The translations under genes and the position numbers were made by a program. From an uncultured Gemmatimonadota bacterium (lineage in GTDB: Bacteria; JAAXHH01): DNA of 64,000 nt. The notes beneath the pieces are model-generated. The model ran no database searches. It had not been told where the DNA came from and saw nothing but the letters and a program-made list of their open reading frames with translations. Shown one piece after another: positions 56,899 through 64,000 of this stretch (position 1 is its first letter; every line of letters begins with the position of its first letter). Location: NCBI GenBank assembly GCA_951812955.1, contig OX638340.1, forward strand, positions 1,024,001 to 1,088,000, given 5' to 3'.

Positions 56899-57900
56899 AT
56901 GGCTTACGAATCCCGTATGACCGAATTCAGGAAAGCGAGAGACCGCGGTGCCAAATACCTGCTTCGCCAGGTACACGCGGACGGCAGTTTCGGCAATCCC
57001 GTTCTCGGCGTAACCGAATACTACAAGGCGCCGGCCGCGTTTCTCGTGTGTGGACTGTCCCATGCCGCGAATCGACAGCTAAACTGGATCAGGCACAACG
57101 GCTTCCTGCCGAACGGTGATTTCGGTCCAAGACCCGCCAGCGAACGCAACAGTTACTATTACACCTACCACAATGCCTGGGTGATCAAGGCGGCCCACCG
57201 CATGGGCGCTTTCGACCTCGCCCGGCGCGGCATGGACTTCCTCCTCGGATTCCGCGACCCGGCCAGCGGCGGTTTCTACTCCCACCCGATGGCGCGCGAC
57301 GATACGACCGAGCAGGACCTGTGGGTCGTGAGCGGCATAGGCTGGTGCGCCGTTTACACCGGAAAGCTGGACGTGGCCAGGGGCATCGGCCGCTGGATGC
57401 GTCGCCTGATGGAGGATCAGCCCGATTACCCCAGTGCGTTGTGGACGGTCTACAGCCGCGACCGCGGACTGATCACCGAGGTGCTGGACGGCGACGATTT
57501 CAGGTACGTGCTGACTCGGGACGAGTCGCGCGACCAATCCTTCTACCACCCAGGCATCGCGGCTGGCTTCCTGTGCCGCCTCTACATGGCCACGGGCGAG
57601 GAGGAATGGCTGGATCTCGCGAGGGAGTACATGCGGTTCTGCGAAAACGTGGGGGACTATCACTTCAAGTTGCTGCGCGCGGGCAAGGTCGGTTGGGCTG
57701 GCGCGATGCTCTACACGCTCACGGGGGAAGTAAAGTACCGCGACATGGCGGTCAGGGTAGGAAACAACCTGGTCCAGGCCCAGTTGGCAAACGGCGCATG
57801 GGCCTGGCCGGAGATGGGGCTGACCGGACCGCACAACGACATCACGGCCGAAATGGTCGTATGGCTCGACGAGATCCACCAGGCGGTTGGCGACGGCTAG
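56899..57900 (+). CDS. prenyltransferase/squalene-oxidase-repeat (alpha/alpha toroid) protein
   Basis: 333 aa with QW-like or prenyltransferase-like repeats: GAKYLLRQVHADGSFG, ASGGFYSHP...DDTTEQDLWVVSGI and VGNNLVQAQLANGAWAW. Confidence 0.5.
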   Translation: MAYESRMTEFRKARDRGAKYLLRQVHADGSFGNPVLGVTEYYKAPAAFLVCGLSHAANRQLNWIRHNGFLPNGDFGPRPASERNSYYYTYHNAWVIKAAHRMGAFDLARRGMDFLLGFRDPASGGFYSHPMARDDTTEQDLWVVSGIGWCAVYTGKLDVARGIGRWMRRLMEDQPDYPSALWTVYSRDRGLITEVLDGDDFRYVLTRDESRDQSFYHPGIAAGFLCRLYMATGEEEWLDLAREYMRFCENVGDYHFKLLRAGKVGWAGAMLYTLTGEVKYRDMAVRVGNNLVQAQLANGAWAWPEMGLTGPHNDITAEMVVWLDEIHQAVGDG

Positions 57901-58661
57901 GCCGCGTTACCTGGATGCTCCCGAACGACCACGGCCCTGGCGTGCCGGTCCTCCACCGATAAACGGCGGGCAACGCCCGCCCTGAGCAGCGCGATATCCC
58001 CCGGTTCGAGCGAAAAGTCCCGTCCATCCAGTGCTAGTCGCACGACCCCGTTCAGTACCATCCAGTGCTCTTGCCGGTCCGTTGCGGTATCTCCAAGGTT
58101 ATTCAACTCATCGTATCCCTGCAACCGCCATTCGGAGATGGGACACCTCGGACCGGGATCTGAAATGGGGCCGGTATTCATGTTGCCGGGAACGACGAAT
58201 CCGGGCACGGTTGGCTCGGGCGGGCCATATTCTTCTACGGTCAGGTGAAGCGGTCGCTGTGCTCTTTCCAGCCGCGTCACGATGGCGTTGTTCTCGTAGG
58301 GCGTGAACATCTGGAACTGGTGCACGCACCCCATGGGCGTATAGACCAGGGTATTGGGCGTGATTTCGTATCGGACGCCGTCCAGCCGGACCTCCCCGTA
58401 GCCCGTTGTGAACAGCCAGATTTCGTCGTTGTCGTGGTAGTGGGGCTCGACACCGGTCCCGGCTCCGCCGTCCGGAAAGTGCCGGTAGCAGTTCAGGGCG
58501 GTCCATTCCGGGAACACGCCCTGTTCCCAGTAAGTCTGGTTCGAGTTGAGCGAACGTATCATGTATCGGGGGGCGTCTATGACCATGCTGCCTCGACTTT
58601 CGACGGGTTGAAGCCACCAAACTTCCGAATGTCTGCGATTCATCAGGCGATCAGGCGACAT
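57897..58661 (-). CDS. bicupin domain protein
   Basis: Two cupin-like modules are present: GVEPHYHDNDEIWLFTTGYGEVRLDG...GCVHQF and ...HWMVLNGVVRLALDG...GDIALL. The start is uncertain. Its stop overlaps the convergent gene's stop within CTAG. Confidence 0.6.
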   Translation of the reverse strand: MSPDRLMNRRHSEVWWLQPVESRGSMVIDAPRYMIRSLNSNQTYWEQGVFPEWTALNCYRHFPDGGAGTGVEPHYHDNDEIWLFTTGYGEVRLDGVRYEITPNTLVYTPMGCVHQFQMFTPYENNAIVTRLERAQRPLHLTVEEYGPPEPTVPGFVVPGNMNTGPISDPGPRCPISEWRLQGYDELNNLGDTATDRQEHWMVLNGVVRLALDGRDFSLEPGDIALLRAGVARRLSVEDRHARAVVVREHPGNAA

Positions 58662-58900
58662 CGCCTGTCTGCTCGAGATCGTAACCAGACTAATGAAGAC
58701 TGCGCCTTGAATTTACCGGTTCAATCTGTGTAAATTACGCCCCATCGTCTGACATATGGCAAGCACAACTTCGCTGATTCAGCGAATGGGTGCTGAAGGG
58801 AATCCGTTTAGCCAGTCCGGACTCACCTTAAAAAAAGTAACTTCAATCACTTGTCTGCCCGCTGCCTTGAATACCGGGCAGCCAACCTGCGAGCGCACCC

Positions 58901-60427
58901 ATGACAGCCGACAATCCAATTGAACGGATGGAAGCGCGAATCCGGGAGGCTGGCGACCTTGCCGCCGCATTCGCCCGCGACCCGCACCGCCCCGCCTACC
59001 ACTTCACGCCACCAGCGGCGTGGATGAACGATATCAACGGAGCCCTGTTCTGGAAGGGGAGGTACCACATCTTCTACCAGTATAATCCGCACGGCGCGTA
59101 CTGGCATCTCATCCAGTGGGGCCATGCCTCCAGCGCCGATCTCGTGCACTGGGTCCACCATCCGGTGGCGTTGACCCCGGATGCGGATGGACCGGACCGG
59201 AAGGGCTGCTACAGCGGGGGCGCACTGGTCAGCCGTGAAGGTGTTCCGGTCCTGATCTACTATGGCAACCCCGATGGCCTCTGCATTGCCCGCAGCAACG
59301 ACGACCTGCTGATCGAGTGGACGAAAGACCCGGACAATCCAGTCATTCCCCAACCCGCCGAAGGGAGTGCCGACTTCGGCCGTTACACCATCCACGACCC
59401 CTGCGGGTGGCTGGCAGACGACCAGTATTACGCCGCCGTCAACAAGAGCGACCCGCAAGACCAGGGGGACGCGGCATACCTTTTCAAGTCACCTGACCTG
59501 CGCACATGGGAGTACGTGGATTTGTTCTATCGGTCGCGGCGGGAGTGGACCGAAGGGGGCGAAGACTGCGCCGTGCCGGATTTCTTCCCGCTCGGTGACC
59601 GTCACATGCTGCTCTTCTGCAGCCATCTGCAGGGAAGCCAGTATTACATCGGCCAGGTCCGGGACGAACGGTTTTATCCCGAGATACACGGGCGCATGAG
59701 CTGGGAGGGGGGTCATCTCGGCGGACCGCGGACCCTGCTCGACGCAACCGGCAGGCGCATCTTCTTCGACTGGGTCCGCGAACTGCGCGGAAACGAGCGT
59801 GAGCGCGCCTCGGGATGGTCAGGCGTAATGACTGTTCCACGGATGTTGTCGCTGGATTCTGGCGGCCGGCTGCAAATCGATCCAGTCCCGGAGCTGGAAG
59901 TGTTGCGGATGGATGCCCACCGGCTTGAATCCATGGACGTGGCCGCCGATTCCGAAACGGCGGTCGAGGGAATCGGCGGCGACTGCCTGGAATTGGCCGT
60001 TGAGATTGATCCGTTGAAAGCGCGGGAAGTAGGGCTGAAAGTGCGGCGCTCCCCTGGGGGCGAGGAGGAAACCGCGGTCTCATTTAACTCAGATGCCGCC
60101 GTGCTTCGGGTCGAAGTCGGCCGGTCGTCGCTCGACCGCGAAATACGTTACACGCGATACCGCCGACACCAGCCGCATCTTTCGGAGCGCGAGCGGTATG
60201 TCACCGCCCAGGAAGGGCCGTTCGAGTTGGCGCCGGGTGAACCACTGACGCTGCGCATCTTCCTCGACCGTTCGATCCTCGAGGTCTTTGCCAACCGAAG
60301 GCAATGCATTACTCAGCGCATCTATCCGACGCGGGCCGACAGCACAGGCATCAGCCTGTTTGCACGCGGTGGCGCGGCCAGATTAAGGTCACTGCAGGCC
60401 TGGACCCTCGCCCCGATACACATATGA
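58901..60427 (+). CDS. glycoside hydrolase family 32 (beta-fructofuranosidase/levanase-like)
   Basis: Contains HFTPPAAWMNDINGALFWKGRYHIFYQYNP (the WMNDPNG block), a five-bladed propeller-sized N-domain and a beta-sandwich C-domain. 508 aa. Confidence 0.85.
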   Translation: MTADNPIERMEARIREAGDLAAAFARDPHRPAYHFTPPAAWMNDINGALFWKGRYHIFYQYNPHGAYWHLIQWGHASSADLVHWVHHPVALTPDADGPDRKGCYSGGALVSREGVPVLIYYGNPDGLCIARSNDDLLIEWTKDPDNPVIPQPAEGSADFGRYTIHDPCGWLADDQYYAAVNKSDPQDQGDAAYLFKSPDLRTWEYVDLFYRSRREWTEGGEDCAVPDFFPLGDRHMLLFCSHLQGSQYYIGQVRDERFYPEIHGRMSWEGGHLGGPRTLLDATGRRIFFDWVRELRGNERERASGWSGVMTVPRMLSLDSGGRLQIDPVPELEVLRMDAHRLESMDVAADSETAVEGIGGDCLELAVEIDPLKAREVGLKVRRSPGGEEETAVSFNSDAAVLRVEVGRSSLDREIRYTRYRRHQPHLSERERYVTAQEGPFELAPGEPLTLRIFLDRSILEVFANRRQCITQRIYPTRADSTGISLFARGGAARLRSLQAWTLAPIHI

Positions 60428-60614
60428 CCTCTGCCGCCCCCAGCACACCCAGGCACCGCCCACAGGGCATGAAATCTCAATTGACAAAAACTCCTGCGAA
60501 CGACTACTTGTTCAGGCTTAAATCCACTTGTTTATTGACCCTTTGGGCGTGTCGAAACCCGTCGGCCCACTGGACGTGTAGTTTGGCACCGGATCCTCGT
60601 TCAAGGAAACACCT

Positions 60615-61385
60615 ATGTCCATATCGGATGCATTCAGACTGGATGGCAGAACCGCTCTCGTAACCGGCTGTCGCAGAGGGATCGGAAGGGGACTTGCAGA
60701 GGGGCTGGCCGAAGCCGGCGCGGATATCGTGGGCGTGAGCGCGTCGATGGAGCCGTCCGGAAGCGAAATAGAAGGAGCGGTCACGGCCCTTGGCCGGAAG
60801 TTTACCGGGTATAGCGCGGACCTCAACGACCGGGACGCGCTGTATGATTTCATTCGCAAGGTCAAGCGCGATTTTCCGGCCATCGACATCCTCGTCAACA
60901 ACGCCGGCCTCACGCTGAGGGCGCCGGCCGCGGAGCATTCCGACGAGTACTGGGACACGGTCATGAATGTGAACCTGCATGCGCCGTTCATTCTCAGCCG
61001 GGAAATCGGCCGGGACATGGTAGCCCGCGGCAAAGGCAAGATCGTGTTTACCGCTTCCGTGCTTTCCTTCCAGGGCGGCATCACCGTGCCCAGTTACGCG
61101 GCCTCCAAGGGGGCGATCGGCCAACTGGCCATGGCATTGTCCAACGAATGGGCCTCGAAGGGTGTCAACGTCAACGCCATCGCGCCCGGTTATATCGCAA
61201 CGGACCTCACGTCGGCCCTGCAGACCGACCCGGAGCGGTCCCGGTCCATTTCCGAACGGATCCCTGCGGGCCGCTGGGGCACGCCGGAAGACCTGAAGGG
61301 CGCCGTGGTATACCTGTGCTCGGACGCGTCCAACTACGTCAATGGGACGATCCTGACTGTAGACGGCGGCTGGATGGGCCGCTGA
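60615..61385 (+). CDS. SDR family oxidoreductase (KduD / 2-deoxy-D-gluconate 3-dehydrogenase-like)
   Basis: Contains TALVTGCRRGIGRG (TGxxxGIG), NNAG and YAASKGAIGQL (YxxxK). 256 aa. Confidence 0.8.
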   Translation: MSISDAFRLDGRTALVTGCRRGIGRGLAEGLAEAGADIVGVSASMEPSGSEIEGAVTALGRKFTGYSADLNDRDALYDFIRKVKRDFPAIDILVNNAGLTLRAPAAEHSDEYWDTVMNVNLHAPFILSREIGRDMVARGKGKIVFTASVLSFQGGITVPSYAASKGAIGQLAMALSNEWASKGVNVNAIAPGYIATDLTSALQTDPERSRSISERIPAGRWGTPEDLKGAVVYLCSDASNYVNGTILTVDGGWMGR

Positions 61386-61506
61386 CCTCCCGTCAAAGCC
61401 GATGAATCGGCCGGCGTTTATGATGCCCGCCGGGTCGACGCCCCGGATGCTTCGAAACTACGCCACGTCCAACGACGACAGGACGACAGAAGGACGATAG
61501 GTTCAG

Positions 61507-62337
61507 ATGGGCCAATGCGTATTCTGTAACCAGCCAGCCGGATTTCTCAGGAAACAGCACAGCGCGTGCAGGGATCGCCACGAATCCGGCAAAAGAGAAA
61601 TCGTCGCGCTGGTCAGCGAAATCGGCACACCGGAACGTGATCTGGCCCGGCTGGAGACGCAGGTCGGAGAAATCGCCGCGGGGTGTTTCGTGGACAACTT
61701 CATGCTGCGCGATCTCGTGGTCAGAGGTTGGGAAAGCGCCGTGGATGTCGCCTTCGAAGACCACGTGATATCGGAGGAAGAAGAACGGCTGCTCGCGGAG
61801 TTGAAGCGCCACTTCGGGCTCTCCGACGAGGTGGTGGACCGGAATGGCGCCCTGAGCAGAATGAGGAAAGGAAAGGTAATCCGGGAACTGCTGGAGGGCA
61901 ACTTCCCGGACCAGTTCGCCACCTCTGGTCCCCTGCCCTTCAATCTGCAAAAGACGGAACAACTCGCCTGGGTGTTCGAGGGCGTCAAATACCACGAGCA
62001 CAAGAAACGCACCGAATATGTCGGCGGTTCCAGCGGGGTGAGCTTCCGCGTCGCGAAAGGCGTCTATTACCGTACGGGAGCGTTCAAGGGGCGCCGGGTC
62101 GAGACCATGGAGCAGGTCCACGTGGATTCCGGCCTCCTCGGCATGACCAGCAAGCATCTCTACTTCGTCGGCGAGCATAAGCGATTCAGGATCCGGTTCG
62201 ACAAGATCATCTCGTTCGAACCGCTGGAAGACGGGATCAGCGTGCAGCGTGACGCCATGACCGCGACGCCGCAGACTTTCATAACCGGTGATGGCTGGTT
62301 TACGTACAACCTCGTCGCGAACCTGGCGCAGATGTAA
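61507..62337 (+). CDS. hypothetical protein (N-terminal CxxC...HxxC zinc-ribbon-like motif; C-terminal PH/GRAM-like region?)
   Basis: 276 aa. Its coding-like codon pattern is preferred over the antisense ORF 61393..62178. It begins MGQCVFCNQPAGFLRKQHSACRDRH. No family is recognised with confidence. Confidence 0.5.
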   Translation: MGQCVFCNQPAGFLRKQHSACRDRHESGKREIVALVSEIGTPERDLARLETQVGEIAAGCFVDNFMLRDLVVRGWESAVDVAFEDHVISEEEERLLAELKRHFGLSDEVVDRNGALSRMRKGKVIRELLEGNFPDQFATSGPLPFNLQKTEQLAWVFEGVKYHEHKKRTEYVGGSSGVSFRVAKGVYYRTGAFKGRRVETMEQVHVDSGLLGMTSKHLYFVGEHKRFRIRFDKIISFEPLEDGISVQRDAMTATPQTFITGDGWFTYNLVANLAQM

Positions 62338-62369
62338 CCTGCGCCGGCAAATTTCTGAGAAGACCGTTT

Positions 62370-63218
62370 ATGGCGTCGCCTTACGCACATCTGTTGACCG
62401 ATAACGAAAAGTGGCATTTCGACCTTCAGGGATACCTTCACCTGCGCGGCGTGATCGCGCCGGAGCGCCTGGGCCGTATCCTGGAGGTGGTCGATCACTG
62501 GCTGTCCGCCGACGAATACGAGATCCCCGCGCCGGTTTTAAGGCATCGACAGGAGCCCTACAAGACACACCTGGACCACATCCAGTACGGGCACAGGCTG
62601 TTCCAGGAACTGAACGCCGATCCGGAGATCATCCGCGTGGTCGCGGGACTGACCATGGGCATGCCACGGCTGTTTCACTGCAACTTCACGAAAATGGACC
62701 GCGCCGCGCCGGGCGACGCGGACGTTCAGGCCTATCACAGGGATGACAGCGGCTTCAAGTTCCCCCCGGGCTTCAGGAATCCCCACAACGATTACCAGGC
62801 GGCGGGCGGGGAGATCTACTGCAGCCACCTGGCCACGTGGATCGCGCTGGCGGATGTACCGGCGGGCACCGGGTTCAGCCTGGTGCCGGGCAGCCACAAG
62901 TCGGCCTTCGGCACGCCGGACGCACTGAAAGTCGGCGACTATCTGCCCGTATCGATCACCGTGCCCATGGACGCGGGCGACGTCCTCATTTTCTCGACCC
63001 ACTTGTTGCACGATGCCGCGGCCTGGACCCAGGACTATCCCAGGATGAACATCTTCCAGCGCTATCAGTTCAGCGCCTATTTCAACGAAAGCGGCAAAGG
63101 CGGACTGCCCATCGACGAATACCGGGATCAGATCACCGAAGAGGAGTACGAACTGGAATCGCTCAGCAAAGACGAAAAGGCCGCCGTAACCCGGATGCGG
63201 CGTCACTTCGGACTGTAG
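62370..63218 (+). CDS. phytanoyl-CoA dioxygenase (PhyH) family dioxygenase
   Basis: 282 aa with the N-terminal ...FDLQGYLHLRGVI..., YHRDDSGF (HxD) and a distal ...STHLLHDAAAW... His. Confidence 0.7.
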   Translation: MASPYAHLLTDNEKWHFDLQGYLHLRGVIAPERLGRILEVVDHWLSADEYEIPAPVLRHRQEPYKTHLDHIQYGHRLFQELNADPEIIRVVAGLTMGMPRLFHCNFTKMDRAAPGDADVQAYHRDDSGFKFPPGFRNPHNDYQAAGGEIYCSHLATWIALADVPAGTGFSLVPGSHKSAFGTPDALKVGDYLPVSITVPMDAGDVLIFSTHLLHDAAAWTQDYPRMNIFQRYQFSAYFNESGKGGLPIDEYRDQITEEEYELESLSKDEKAAVTRMRRHFGL

Positions 63219-63238
63219 TCAACCCACAGGAGACGGCC

Positions 63239-63802
63239 ATGGCGTGGATACGCACCATTGACGAATCGGAAGCGGAAGGTCAACTGGAAAGAATATACCA
63301 AGGATCGATGCGATCCTGGGGAGGCGTGGACAACATCATCAAGGTCCACAGCCTGAACGTGCAGGCGCTGAGAGCGCTTATGACCTTCTACAAGGGCCTC
63401 ATGCACGGGGACTGCGACCTCACGCTGGGGCAGCGGGAGATGATCGCGACGACCGTCTCGGTTCTGAACGAGTGCGAGTACTGAATCCGCCATCATGGGG
63501 AGGGGCTCCTCAGAGAGATCGACGACAGGGAACTGGTGGATGCGATCAAGAGAGACTACCGCGAAGCGAACCTGGACGACGGCGACCGCGCCATGCTGGA
63601 CTACGTCCGGAAACTCACCCTGGCGCCCGCTTCCACTTCCGAATCGGATATCGAGCAGTTGAGGCAGGCGGGTTTCGGAGACAAGGCGATCCTGGAGATC
63701 AACCAGATCACGGGTTTCTTCGCCTGGTGCAACCGGACGGTGGACGGCCTGGGCGTGGAACTTGAGGCATTCTGGGACGAACCGAACGCGACGAATGTTT
63801 GA
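63239..63802 (+). CDS. AhpD/carboxymuconolactone-decarboxylase-like peroxidase-related protein, putative selenoprotein (in-frame UGA at 63482-63484)
   Basis: ORF fragments 63239-63481 and 63536-63802 are in the same frame and are separated only by one TGA. The joined product reads ...VSVLNECEY[U]IRHHGEG.... This is the family motif C-x-x-C-x-x-x-H with the second Cys replaced by UGA. The C-terminal half continues the family pattern (...DRAMLDYVRKLT...GFGDKAILEINQITGFFAWCNR...). Confidence 0.65.
63496..63512 (+). promoter_or_regulatory. candidate bacterial SECIS upper stem-loop
   Basis: 17-nt hairpin UGGGGAG-GGG-CUCCUCA with a 7-bp stem (one G-U pair) and a G-rich triloop. It starts 11 nt after the UGA. 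Folded by eye only. Confidence 0.3.
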
Positions 63803-63812
63803 CGGATGTGTA

Positions 63813-63855
63813 GCTGCGTGGAAACCTGGAAAGTCACGCAGCCGCAATCGATTTT
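63813..63855 (+). terminator. possible intrinsic terminator after the AhpD-like gene
   Basis: Perfect 8-bp inverted repeat GCTGCGTG (63813-63820) / CACGCAGC (63835-63842) with a 14-nt loop. A TTTT run lies at 63852-63855, 9 nt after the stem, which is suboptimal. Confidence 0.35.
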
Positions 63856-63883
63856 GAATGTAGATCAGCGATTTCGGGGAATA

Positions 63884-64000
63884 ATGAGTACTTTCGAAGT
63901 CATACCGACCGGACGCGCGCTAGGCGCGGAAGTTATAGGCTTGGATCTGCGCCGCGAATTGGACGAGTATACCGTTGGCAGGCTTCGTGCGGCATTCCTC
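63884..64000 (+). CDS. TauD/TfdA family Fe(II)/2-oxoglutarate dioxygenase (5' fragment, runs off window)
   Basis: MSTFEVIPTGRALGAEVIGLDLRRELDEYTVGRLRAAFL is a typical TauD-family N-terminus. Only 39 codons are visible. Confidence 0.5.
   Translation, partial: MSTFEVIPTGRALGAEVIGLDLRRELDEYTVGRLRAAFL

Noticed and set aside
56899-57900. The alpha/alpha-toroid protein as the missing squalene/oxidosqualene cyclase. It has QW-like repeats, and GGFYSHPMARDDTT resembles the SHC GGW...YPDVDDTA catalytic region.
   Set aside because: At 333 aa it is half the size of a beta-gamma didomain cyclase. The first Asp of DxDD is absent (ARDD). The GGF...D..T...W pattern is the generic prenyltransferase/terpene-cyclase repeat rather than a specific catalytic motif. 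I kept it only as a family-level CDS call.
57897-57900. Overlap of the convergent stop codons of the toroid-protein and bicupin genes within the palindrome CTAG.
   Set aside because: The overlap is real, but it is a trivial consequence of tight convergent packing, and no functional implication can be supported.

Overview
High-GC, gene-dense bacterial chromosome fragment. Hand-counted 60-nt lines in ordinary genes give about 60-70% GC. The envelope genes are Gram-negative in type (TolC-like OMF, RND pump, beta-barrel OMPs), so this is probably an uncultured heterotroph. Most of the window is ordinary catabolic and housekeeping content: four Gfo/Idh/MocA oxidoreductases, two enolase-superfamily enzymes, three PhyH-type dioxygenases plus a TauD-type fragment, hydantoinase A/B, GH32, a KduD-like SDR, proS, gltA, apaG, BioY and an ECF A/T module. 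Three regions stand out. (1) 27.5-40.2 kb holds an unmistakable ERG6/SMT-type sterol C-24 methyltransferase and a GPP34(GOLPH3-like)-cytochrome P450 fusion. Both sit in a tightly coupled minus-strand operon behind a complete tripartite RND efflux system (OMF-MFP-RND; the RND stop and P450 start share TAATG). A secreted TPR protein lies just downstream of the SMT on the same strand, and a Rieske oxygenase plus a flavoprotein converge from the plus strand. This is a candidate bacterial sterol modification/trafficking locus. No cyclase or epoxidase is in the window. (2) 51.1-56.9 kb is a low-GC island, down to 33-42% GC in counted lines, with no integrase. It carries a frameshifted MmeI-like nuclease/N6-adenine methyltransferase fusion followed by a 900-aa DUF4062-like/NACHT-type STAND NTPase with an uncharacterised C-terminal region. 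This is a candidate antiphage defence island. (3) 63239-63802 is an AhpD/CMD-like peroxidase-related gene with an in-frame TGA exactly at the second Cys of the CxxC motif, and a 17-nt hairpin starts 11 nt downstream. It is a probable selenoprotein that ORF callers split in two. Several short perfect or near-perfect tandem duplications occur in intergenic regions. One of them duplicates the last 18 nt of proS.
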